A stretch of 64,000 bases of DNA from Octopus vulgaris (lineage: Eukaryota): the NCBI GenBank assembly GCA_951406725.2, contig OX597825.1:51398001-51462000 (forward strand). Reading direction: 5' to 3'. The notes under the pieces were generated by a model. That model saw only the letters and a list, made by a program, of their open reading frames with translations. It did not search any database and was not told where the DNA came from. Positions 51,833 through 64,000 of this stretch are shown here, piece by piece; the first letter of the stretch is position 1, and the number at the start of each line of letters is the position of its first letter. Position numbers and translations under genes: made by a program.

Positions 51833-52545
51833 TTGTGTGTGCGCGTGAGTGTGTATGTGCGCGTGAGTGTGTGTGTGTACGTGCGTGCGTTTGTGTGTGT
51901 TTGTGTCTGTGTTTATCCCTCGCCACTACTACTTGATAATCGGGTTGGTGTGTTTACGTCACCATAACTTAGAATTTCGGCAAAAGAGACCAGACTTAGC
52001 AAAATTGAAGTCCTGGGATCGATGCATTCGACTAAAAATTATTTAAGCCTGTACACCGACATGGCCGAAGTCCAGTGCCTGAAACCACTAAACGGTAAAA
52101 GATAAATATACTTTTTAAAACTTGACTATTCAAGGTGCAGGTGTGGCAGCGTGTAAAAGATTTCCTTTCAAGTACATAGTTGCGGGCTCAGTTCCACAGC
52201 ATGGCATCTTGCGCAATTGTCTTCAACTATAGCCACGAGCCGACAAAGCCTTGTGAGTGGATTTGGTAGACGTAAACTCAAAGAAGCCCGTCTTATGTAT
52301 ATGTTTATATATGTTTACTTATAGATATTTCTCTGGAATGTGTCTTTTTTTGTCCCACATCACCGATTAACACCCTGTGTTGGTATGTTTATCTGCCAGT
52401 AACTTAGTTGTTTTGCAAAAGATACCGAGAGAAAAAATACGAGGCTTAACATGAAATAAGTACTGGGATCGATTCATTCGGCTAAAATTTCTGCAAGGCA
52501 ATGCTCCAGTATGGCTGCAGTCCAATGACTGAAACAAGAGGATAA
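51615..52545 (+). mobile_element. Two tandem family C SINEs (~51615-52100 and ~52135-52545)
   Basis: Both have the head ..CCACTGCGTGGCACCTT..CAAGTGTCTTC, an internal TG/TA-rich tract and the tail ..CTGGGATCGAT..CTGAAAC. Confidence 0.85.
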
Positions 52546-52921
52546 TGAAAAGGTAATACGGATGAAAATAAAATTACTCGATATATGTGATTGATTATAT
52601 CAGAATGAAGTTGAGTAAATGCTTGGTCACCAGGTGTAAACCTTTAATGTGAATGTTACAAATAAAAATTATTCGTCTGAGAGATCAGATATCGCGTGAA
52701 ACTCTGAGTAACGACGAAATCGATTATTAGCTTGAAACTAACGGAATATACAAACTAATGAGTCTGTGTATGAGAGAATTTACGCGCACACATATACATA
52801 TATAGCGCTGCTTATAATAACAAAATCAAAATCTTTCGAGTTTGCTGGCCTTGCATCATAATTTGAAATCGATTGCATAAATGAAATACATAATTTTTCA
52901 TATCAACGTCTGCTTTACTTC

Positions 52922-52979
<58 letters not shown>

Positions 52980-53726
52980 ATAATGATCCATAGTAGTTTG
53001 AAAATGTTGGAGTGTTTACTAAAGGAATATGACGAAATGGTACATATAAATTTCGCAAATTAATCTAAGCAGATAGAGAAAGAAAGACGGTTTTCTTTCC
53101 TCGTTATTATTTTATGTTTACACTTATATATCGTCAGTTTTTTTTATTCAGGTTCTACCGTTCTAGTTATGCATATATTCTTCAAGTTCAGATTCACTGA
53201 TTCAAAGATCACTCGAATATTTTCGATGAATTTGCAAATATCTGAAGTTCCACTTTATATATTCGACGTGCAGAGTTACGTGTTAAAAAGTTCAGTGGCG
53301 TGTAGCTTTCTTTATAAAATCCACCATTTTAATTTCTTCCCGACCGAAACATCTACAATTACATCTAAGGTTGTCGATTGTTCAGTTGGTGGTTGTTTTA
53401 CGGAATAGGTCAAAACAACTCGATTTTGTCATTCTGATTCCACTTGAAATATTAGAACAGGATGCGAATCTTAAAGAGTAAGTAGCCAACATCACCAGAT
53501 GAAATAACAATTCTTTATCACTTTCAGAATTAATATTTCATTTGGTTTTTATATTTATGTACCCCAGTACGACAGATTATGCTTTTCATATGATGCGCAC
53601 GCTGTTTGATCTGTTATATATTATTTTAACTAGTTTGTTCACTCTCTCAATTAAATCATATTTCAACACTGGAGTGGTATTTCTTACTTTTTCGAATATA
53701 TTGAATTTATTATTATCATTATTAAG

Positions 53727-54895
53727 AGGGTGAGCTGGCAGAATCGATAGAACGCCAGGCGAAATGCTTTACGGTATTTCGTTTACCGTTACGTTCTGAC
53801 TTCAAATTCTGCCGAGGTCGACTTTGCCTTTCATCCTTTCGGGGTCGATTAAATAAGTACCTGTTACGCACTGGGGTCGATGAAATCGACTTAATCCGTA
53901 TGTCTGTCCTTGTTTGTCCCCTCTGTGTTTAGCCCCTTGTGGGTAGTAAAGAAATAGTTATTTCATCTGCTGCTACGTTCTGAGCTAAAAATCCACCTGG
54001 GACGACTTTACATTTCGACGTCCATAAAATTAGTGCCAGTTACGCATTGGGTTCGATGTAATCGACTTAATCCCTTCCCACAAATTTGAAGGCTTGTGCT
54101 TTCAGTAGAAAGGGTTATTATCACTATTAAGGCAGTGAGCTGGCAGAATCGTTAGCACGCCGGACGAAATGCTTAGCAGTATTTCGTCTGCCGCTACGTT
54201 CTGCATTCAAAATCCGCCTAGGTCGACTTTACCTTTCATCCTTTCAGGGCCTATAAATTAAGTACCAGTGGGGTCGATATAATCGATTTGTCCCCTCCCG
54301 CGAAATTTCAGGCCTCGTGCCTATAGCAGAATCGTTAGCACACAGAGCAAAAAGAAAAAACTAGCGGCATTGTGTCCGTCCTTACGTTCTGAGTTCAAAT
54401 TCCATCGTGGTCGATTCCTTTCGGGGTCGATAAAATAAGTACCTCTCAAGCACTGGTGCCGATGTAATCGGCTGGCCCTGTCCCCCAAAATTTCAGGCCT
54501 CGTGCCTATAGTAGAAATGATTAAAATTATCAAAAAGGCGGCGAGTTAGCATAATCGTTAACTCACCGGGCAAAATGTTTAGCGGCATTTCTTTCGTCTT
54601 CACCCATGTGCTGGAGGCGATGTAATCGACAAACCCTTACGCTATCATTGCAGGCCCTCTGCCTAAAGTAGAAAGAATTATCATTATCATTAAAGCGGTG
54701 AGTTGGTAGAATTAACAGCACGTTGGACGAAATGCTTAGCAACATTTCTTCCTATTTTACATTCGGAGTCAAATATCGCCGAGGTCGACTTCGCATTTCA
54801 TCTTCCCAGGTGTCGTTAAAGTATAATAGAATAGATGTAATCTCTTGTCTCTCGCTCCCACTAAATCTGTTGGTCTTGTGCTTAAATTAAAAACA
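53727..54895 (+). mobile_element. Array of about 6 family B SINE units
   Basis: Repeated GAGCTGGCAGAATCGTTAGCAC heads and CTTTCATCC/GGGGTCGAT cores separated by ATTATCATTA-like spacers. Confidence 0.9.
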
Positions 54896-55418
54896 TATTA
54901 TTATTGTTGTTGTTGGTATTAATAAGTTTTACTGACGTCGGATGTCCTCTCACTCTTGACACGTTTTAGAATTTATCAGTTTTCTCGTGTCAAGTGTGCC
55001 TTTTGTAGATATTCAGAATTATAGCTCTGCTATATTGCCATTAGTGAAATGAGGAGTTTTATTCATTGAATCTAAGTTTGTTTCGGTAGCTTGTAGTTAT
55101 TTATGTGGTAAAATGACGTCGACATCAAGAAATAGGATCCCCACTAAGGTTATGATTCAAACAGTTTTCCATTAAACGGAAATTGAAAATGAGAACGCAC
55201 AATACATGTGGCTAAACGACTGAGAAAACCATATTTCATGGAGATTATCATAACTGAAAAGCAGTAATGTTTGCCATAGTATTAATATTAAGGGTGACAA
55301 GGAAAAGGGCGGCAACTTGTACGCACTTGCACTCACATTTTCGGCTAAAAATGTGTACTTAAGGACAACTGAATGCAAAAGTCTTGCTTTTAGTATTAGA
55401 GATGAAAACGAGTGATTT

Positions 55419-55489
55419 TATGTAATATCTTGCAACTGTCATTCCTTACCTGTAATATGTAATATCTTGCAACTGCCATTCCTTACCTG
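55419..55489. repeat. 37-bp-period tandem duplication
   Basis: TATGTAATATCTTGCAACTGYCATTCCTTACCTG occurs twice. Confidence 0.95.
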
Positions 55490-55759
55490 ATGTAAATAAA
55501 CAAGAAATGATGAAGGCGAGAGCCACTTTTATGTTTTGCAGGAAAATTTGAAGGGTGACATCTAGCTGAAACTCAAAACAGTAGCTGAAAACAGGCATTT
55601 ATTTATTGTGAAAAACTTCTAAAGATATAAAAATCTATGGACTACTAATGAGAACTCACGACAAAGTACAAACTTGAACTGTGACAAGACACATACCTGT
55701 TCTTAATTTGTGCTCCAAATTTGGGTTAAAAAAATACAAAAATGTGATGATCATGATAA

Positions 55760-57340
55760 TCGGCCATGATGCATCCTGAACCTCGAACAAGCCGATGGGA
55801 TAAGCGACAAAAACATATCAGGAGAACCTCTCTTTATGGGTAGGTCATTCTAGGATATGTGATCAGTTGAAAGTCGGTTCAGATATTAAGGATGCGCCGA
55901 CTGGATACATTCTCCATTTTTCGGTACTTGCTCGGTTTGTCTCTGCCAGCCCTTCAAGCAGTATCTCAGTCAAACTTCTTCTCTGCGAGATACTTCCTCA
56001 TTCACCATGACCATGTGGAATGTAGCCGACCAACTCGTGCACAGCCATATCAACCGGATCTTCAGAAAAGAGAACACCTTAGACAGGATCCTACTCGGAA
56101 AATTGAACATGATCAACCACTCTGAGCTGACACCTACGAATCACAAAAGTAAAATAACACATTCCAGTTTATGAATATACTCCTTCATTAGATACGGAAT
56201 CCGACCAATAGTAACATATGATCCTAAAACATATCCTGGTACCATAAGAACTTAGGCAGATCCTAAGGTTAGTGTAAATATTTGTAAATACACTAACTCC
56301 ATACATGTGATACATAGTGAATCATACCACCATTAAATAAATAAAGATTAAATTTAACCAAAAATATATATAATAAGCTAAACTATCAACAAATAAGAAG
56401 AATACATCTAAATAAAGGAACGTCTGTTTGCAAGCATGTTAACCGTTCTGTTTCAGGCATGCTAATAACGAAACAATGTAATCGCCAATATCAAGAAACA
56501 TTATCGTTTGATATTTGTGAGCATTCCTGTTCAGTGGTTGGTCTCGATTCGTTGACTTTTTGGTTTTATGCATTAACTTCAACTGTTAAGTGTCCTCGTA
56601 AAATGTCTAGTGGTCTGAGGTCTAATGGAAGTGGAGAATAGACTAGCGAACCACTTCGTCCAAATCCTTTGGTCATACGTTATTGTGGTTGTGTGAGTGT
56701 GCCCCATACTACAGGAAATAATACTTCGCATCTTCAAAAGCATCTTGAATGCGTGGCATGGGGGGACTGTGTCAGCAGATTTTAATAAACGGAGGAAATG
56801 ACTAAACCATCAATAAAGAATGATCCGTTTAGAACTTTTCATGATAAGCTGCACCATAATGTAAATCCTAGTAAATTAACATGATGATCCTCTATAATAT
56901 GCCGGTTGCTGGGTCTCCAGCAAATGCATTTGCGGTGGTTAATTCTGTTTTAAACATAGTGTCTTCACAAACTTCTGTTGGAAAGTGTGCATTTTAAAAC
57001 ATCTTGCCAAGTACTACTCACACAACATTTCGGTATGGATCATCGTCAATAAAGCGTGGACTATACTTGGAATGACTTGCCCAGTAACAGAGCATCGAAA
57101 TACGCACAGATTTTCTTGAACACTGGCAATCTATTTCTAGTAAGTTTTCTTAATTTAAGAGACTCGTTGATGCTCGTGATCTTCCAGAACGCTTCTTATA
57201 TACATTCTGCACATTTCCATCAGCTTTAAATTTACCATGGATTTGAATCTCGCAAGAGGATCTCTTTGAACCTCCCTCCTAAACTGCCTTTCCCCGTTGA
57301 CCGCGGCTTGAAACTTTCAGTAGCACTTTAATTAAATTTT
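55760..57340 (-). pseudogene. Very old non-LTR RT relic, possibly R2/NeSL-like
   Basis: Ordered but degenerate motifs on the minus strand: DG..YKK, D.YR..V..VLGKMF, QNAF.G, SADTVP, KG..LDLRPL. Confidence 0.4.
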
Positions 57341-57780
57341 TTGTATAACATGCAGTCAGTCTGCATACATCCTTTCGAATGGTTTAAATGAAAAGAATTA
57401 AAAATTCAGTTATCAGGTGTTAAAACGTGCATAGATTTTTGGGAGAAGGTGTATACTTTCATATTGCGCGCGCACGTATGTGTGTATGTGCGTGTATAAT
57501 TCATATCACATGAGTTCATTGAAACTTGCTGTTATTTTAATTCGATATCTCTGTACACATTGACATAATTACTAGTTCTTCAAACTGCTCCAACAAGTCA
57601 AAATTCTTAAAATTTCTTTCTTTACTAAAATGTTTATAAATGTGATACGTTTTAAAGAATAGCGAACTTTTGGTGCAACTACATATCGACTAGTCTACAG
57701 GGAGTATACAGAAACATCTTAGCTGCTTTGCATACATACACACACACACACACATATATATACATATATGTGTGTATATA

Positions 57781-57813
<33 letters not shown>

Positions 57814-58452
57814 TTACACACAGACAGACAGAAAAGATCACACACACATATATATACGTATGTGTGTGTGTACATGCATGTGTGGGTGTGCGCGCGTGTG
57901 TAGCTTACTAATGTTGTCTGTGTGCGTGTACCTGTCTATATTTGTTCTTATTTTAAATGATTAATGGGCGTGGAAAACAAAATCATGGCCACCATTTTTC
58001 AACAGTTCTTTTCAAATGATCGTAGAAAAAATTTCAAAGAATGTTTCCTTACTGAATACGAAATATTTTATGAATGTTTCAACTGTTTCATTATAAGCTG
58101 TTACATAAACAAGTGTTTAAAATGTAGGCAAGATGTGCTTCCTGACCTAAACCTACTGAATTCGCAATAAAACACAACATCAAAGAAATCTGTTTTCCGT
58201 GATAATGTATACTTTTGGAAAATATAATCAATAATTTGAAGAAATATTTATTATGTATGTATATTCATAACGCAGTGTTGGTTTTTAATGCATATGTAAA
58301 TTTTAAATGTTTTATACTTGCATATATTTACCGATCGATCTACGATTATAGCTATCTCCGTCTATTTCTTATTTCCTTTTATTACATGCACCTCTCTCTT
58401 TTTCCCACTCTCTCACTTTATACATATATGCGCATATATATGTGTATGTATG

Positions 58453-58486
<34 letters not shown>

Positions 58487-58509
58487 ATATATGTGTGTGT
58501 ATATAAATA

Positions 58510-58570
<61 letters not shown>

Positions 58571-60629
58571 ATACACATATATTCGTTTGTAGATTTCAAC
58601 GCTAGGGACGACCGAGTAGCTAACGATATAACACGCATGAATAGAGTTTCGTGAAAAGATCACACAACATTTTGACCCAAATGTTGTCGCTAAAGTATCA
58701 TCACAACTCAGCGTGGGCGCGAGCATTCACTTCGTCGAAGAACTCCATTACTTACATTTTCACAGATGTAAAAACGAAATCATTCTTCATCGTTTACATG
58801 CAGTGAGTGTATGTAGGAAGAATTTCACAACAGTTTCTAAAGAAACTCTTTGAAAAATGATGGATTGGATTGTTCGTTAATATAAATGACCTACTTATTG
58901 TAAGGTCACAGAGTCTGTGTCTAAGCTACTTTTAAGTGTCAAGGTGACTGCTGAACGACCGGGGAAAAGGGAAGCGTTGCATGAACGTATAAGTGCCTTT
59001 TGTTTGAATGTATCTTAAAATGAAAAAGTCGATGGAGACTGGAATAGTTTAAGTTAACAATCAGTACAACTAAAGGGCTGTTGCTATCCGTATTTCTTGT
59101 AAAATAGGCAGCTTTTTCCAAGTATACATATATCAAGTTTTATAATTTGGATCACATTTGGGTTAGTTATGTTTGATTATACAACACTGCACGCAACAGT
59201 ATAGAATAAGGCATACAACACAATGATTTTCGTAGTATCTCAACTATAACTCTCAAAAATCAATCTGGATTATCCATTGAGATCATTTTGTCATCTTGAG
59301 GCAGGGATTTATAGCGTACCTTCCTCTCATTTACTCCCTCCCCATTCTTCGGTTTCTCTCTCTTTCCTCCTCTCTCTCTTTCTTTCTCTCTCTGTTTGTG
59401 TCCTCTCTCTCTCTCTCTCTCGCTTTCCCGATTTGATGGTACCATGAGATATAACATGATATCCAAAATCTAAGGGTTTTAAGTGAAAGTTTATTTTTCA
59501 TAAACAGGCTTTCAGCTTAAAGCGAAGCGGGTAAACTGTTTACCTGTATGATACAAGACTAGTGAGCTAGCATACCCAGTGTAACTGGGAATAATTTCCA
59601 AGATCCCTCAATATTCACGGTAAAGTATACCTACAATCTCTATCTCTGATGCACCACATATTACAACATACCCAGTAAGCTTTATTGAAAAATACTGTAC
59701 CTTCATATATCTACGACTGACAGAGCTTCCTATTAGAAGAATTAAACCATTAATTGCTTATACTATATGATCTCATTGAAATTTCTGATTGCCCATTTTC
59801 TACCACATGTCACCCCCAGCATCAGTCTAAATACTAAGAGTATGAAGTCAATCTCAGAAGCAAATATATGATTCACATACTATTCAGTGTGAATAGGAGC
59901 CAATTAGAACCCCTGGTTACCTAATTATTTAACACCATTTCATTCGTGGCTACTTCAGAACTGAACACTACCACATCTGATTGTTGAAATTCAATTTTTG
60001 TGGGAGAAACTATGTCACGTATATCTTAATGAAGCTAGTAATACCAATATTTAGCTACACTCACTGTACATTTCTTTCACTTGTACACACAAACACACAC
60101 ACACACACACATACACACACACACATACACACACACATACACACACACACATACACACACACACATACACACACATATTGAATACTGATAACATCATTTC
60201 CTTTTTACCGTGCTCTATCTAGAGATTAAACAGACACATGCCTCATCTATATAATGTGTTTTGTGTCTTTAACACCACATGGTATACCCGACATTAGCTG
60301 CTTCCGAAGTTGGGACTAACGTAATGATAGCTTAATGATCAAAGCATATAGCCAACAAATTACCCGTGGATATATAATGTCAATAATAAAAAAAAATTAC
60401 AAATTATCTCGTGAGCCTCTGATCCCGAACCAACAATAATTTTCAGAATGTCGCGGTTGTCGAATGTCAATTCTTCAATATATACTAGAATATTTGAAAA
60501 TTGCGGATAGAAAATAGATTGGTGAAGATAAAGAGGATGATAGCACAAAAGAAAATTCATACGTTGTGATGTTAAAAATGGACCTCAATTTTTTTTTTCT
60601 TTTGACTAAATGTAATATAAAATGATTTT

Positions 60630-61640
60630 AGAAAGAGAACGTGTTGGAGTTGGCTCGTTTGAAAATATAAAAATAAAAGGCTGCAAAAGCATCCTGGATA
60701 GAAAACTACTGTTATTTGACTATTTAGTGAAACTTAAATCTAAACAGTGCAATATCTGTATTGTTTGTGATCGTCTCTAAACAACGTAGCCAATAAAAGG
60801 AACAATTCTTTATCCCATAAGCTGCATGAAGAAATTAATAGCAGAACACCAAAAGATATGAAAATTGTGATTGGTGATCTAAATGTGAAAGCTGACAACA
60901 GCATAGGTGGCATGCTGCAGGCAAAGATAGGCAAAGAGATGAAAATTAAAATAGTGCAAGATGAGTAACTTCTGCCCAGTCAACAAACAATCTCATCATA
61001 GTAGATGCTTTCTTTACACATATGTATATCCATAAATATATTTAGACGTCTCCAAATACAAAATATCCTGAAATCGACGACGTCAAATATCCCTACTGGG
61101 TGCTAAAATATATCGAGCTGCAGATCAAAGAAGTGAATACCAGTTAGCAACTTAGACTTTTCAGTAAAGGCTAAAAGTTGAAGAATTGAAAGGAAAATTG
61201 CCAGAGCTTATGCGGTTAAGTTGTAGGTTAGTAAAATGTAAGGTATTTTTGTAACTGATCTCCAAAATCAATTTCTAGCACTTGAAACTATAAGTGAAAA
61301 TGGTGTAGATAGCCATGATGCAAAGAAGAATGTAAAGGACGTGTAACAGAATTCAACAACAGTTGTTCTGAACAGAAGTAAAGCAAAAAGAAAGTAACAA
61401 GTTTTAGATGAAACATGTACTTTACTTAGAGATAAATGGAACAAAAACAAATTGTTGAAATTTAAAGAATAACATGAATCAAAAATGGAAACAACTACAT
61501 ATTAGAATCTCAATAGAGTGAAAATGTGCTCAAGACAAAATATAAGATTCATGGAAGTGAAATATGAGGTAGATAAATTACTCAATTCAGGAGACAGCAG
61601 AGGAATTAGAAGTGATTATAAAAATAAATGACATTAGAGG
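60630..61640 (+). pseudogene. RTE-clade LINE AP-endonuclease relic
   Basis: VGVG...VKLKSKQCNICI...PKDMKIVIGDLNVK...HMYIHKYI*TSPN...EID. Confidence 0.75.
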
Positions 61641-62169
61641 CAAAGTGATCAAAGATCTGTATCTTTTCAGTATTGATTTTTGATCGTCAACTTATAAATA
61701 CTGATAACATCCATGAAATATGGAAAGTATATCTTAATACCCCCGTGAACAAAGATTTTAAAAGGAGAAACACTTTGATAATTCCTGAAACACAGATATT
61801 GGTGGGTAGCTGCACCTGAAATATATTCTCAATAAATAACAAGCGCCACTTAAAATTAAAGAATGCGAAATTTCCTTGGCTCAAAGAAAATTACAAGAAA
61901 TATTCTGAAAAATATATGCCCGTGAATACAGGATAATTACTGAAGCTGTTTGATGAAATATGCAATATAGGTTAGAGATCAAGACTGGGAGTTTGGTTTA
62001 ACAATATGATAAAAGGAGGACTGGACTCAGGTAGCGTGACACTGGAGCGTATAAGTATTGCGTGCGTTCAGTTTGGATCTCCTTAATAGGAAACAAAGTG
62101 TGTTTTATAGAATAAAGGCACAGTTGACAAGCATATGACACTATCAAGTACAAAGGCAAATAGAGATCT

Positions 62170-62500
62170 CCATTTAGGGATAAGGGTAAAAAGACCCGCT
62201 TCGGTCATGAATGACCTAGAAAGTTGTCCTCAAAGCACAAGTCCGAGTAAGGTTGATTTATGGAAGACCAGCAGTCACCCATGCATATTAGCTGCCCCCC
62301 TCCTCGCCATCAATGTTATCCAAACGAAAGGCAAAGGCCGATGCAGCTTGGCACCAGTGACGTCACAACTCATCTCTACAGCTGAGTGAATTGGAGCAAC
62401 GTGAAATAAAATGTCTTGCTCATGAACGCAACACAGCCCAGTCCGAGAATGAAATCACAAACTCATGATTCTGACCCCAACGCTCTAAACACTGAACCAG
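62170..62500 (-). mobile_element. Family D SINE, decayed
   Basis: Reverse complement of 34122-34460 (TTCGGTCATGAATGACC, TATGGAAGACCAGCAGTC, GCTTGGCACCAGTGACGTC). Confidence 0.9.
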
Positions 62501-63477
62501 ATTACTGGATTCAGAGGCCAGAGTGCTCACCATTACACTCGGAGAAACGAAGACGTGATAGCCTAATGTTTAATGTTAGATTCACTTACAAAAGTCCAAG
62601 GATTCCAATTCTAAACTGAGCAAAGGTTTATGGAGAAGGGTGCTTCATTTCATGGAAATCAAGTAGATGTGAGCCGTCAAGCTGGGAAGGTAGTCGATAT
62701 AGAGCGACGCGTACCTCTATTGGGTTGTGATCGTTTCCAACCAAATATCAACAGTTTTGTCGTTTTTCTTTTTATTCTCTACTGACAAAGAGAATGAGAA
62801 CGTGGTGGACAGATAACAGCTTATTTGCTATAACTCTACCCATACCTTTTAGACTAGGCCCTGCTCCCATGGTTTCAACCACCATCTCACACCTTCACAG
62901 AAAATATTCCTGCAACACATTCAGTGTCACTACAAATACTTTTACTACAAATACTTTTAATGTAGATATTATATGTGCGTGTATGTACTCAGTCTTTTTA
63001 TTTAATTAACAAAAATGTAACAAATATACGTTTGCGTGTGCTTGTGTATGTATTATTTACATCACAAAATATAAAGTAATTGAAGTATGTTTTTACTAAA
63101 ATAGTGATGAAGGGATGTTCACTGATTTCTGCTATGAATTCAAGGACTTCTACGTAAGAAACACATTGAACTTCATATAACAGGAAGGAGGAATTAAAAT
63201 TACAACTTCAGATTAAATAACAGAAAAGTCACATTTGATTCCTACTGAACATTAACATGAGGCAGCCATTTTGCTTTTGTCTTTTTAATTAGAAAAGACA
63301 GCTGGTTGGCATTTGTTATTGGCATTTACATACGCATACGCATGCGCGCAAAGACACACACACACACATGCTACATATGTACACAGGTGCATGCATATAT
63401 ACATATGTGTACATATATATACACACATATGCATATGTATATCTCTCTATCTCTCTATCTCTCTATCTATCTATCTC

Positions 63478-63554
<77 letters not shown>

Positions 63555-64000
63555 AGATACATACGTGTGTATGCACAAATATGTGAAGACATGCATATAG
63601 ATATATGTATATATTTACGCAAGGATATATAGACATTTGCATATCTGTGGGGACGAACACTCGTATGCTGATAAGTGTGTGTATGAATGGTGGTGGTGGT
63701 GATGGTGGTGGTGGTAGGGTGTTTCTATTAATGAATAATCGATTATTTTTAAGGAGATTACGAAATGAAATGAAACTAAGAATTATCTGACGAAAAGTAA
63801 GCTGATAAGAAACTCTCTCTATGTCTTATATATTTAGGTGTCTCTTTGTATACGCGTGTGCATGTGCATATACCAAAATATCTCTGTGCACTCTTTGTTC
63901 ATTTCTGCAAATATACACATACACATCCGTATATAATTGCGTATATATGTGTGTGTATGTCTATGTGTGTGGATGTTTATATATGTGTATGAGTAGGCAT

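Noticed and set aside
63258-63300. YY1-like GCAGCCATTTT plus a short hairpin
   Set aside because: A single short motif with no supporting promoter context.

Overview
AT-rich, repeat-saturated eukaryotic DNA with no prokaryotic-style genes, CRISPR, rRNA or intact tRNA genes. The SINE heads and dense (TA)n/(AAT)n microsatellites resemble octopus/coleoid genomic repeats (from recall, not a database search). Most of the ORF track is microsatellite noise. Recognisable content: decayed Penelope-like retroelements (RT, GIY-YIG); R4/Dong-, RTE-, CR1- and R2/NeSL-like LINE relics; a full-length but dead mariner nested in an older mariner; mariner- and pogo-type MITEs; a MULE-like relic; three tRNA-SINE families; and several long fold-backs. 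Best leads: (1) six minimal type-I hammerhead ribozyme motifs with non-canonical cores (U3-A8 covariants and 8-nt cores) in PLE-derived or short microsatellite-embedded elements; (2) a phase-consistent candidate host gene of small and micro-exons (one 8 nt) over about 26-29 kb; (3) an antisense signal-peptide, Cys-containing small ORF in its intron; (4) SINE arrays in which the target sequence recurs between units. All calls were read by eye and need computational confirmation.
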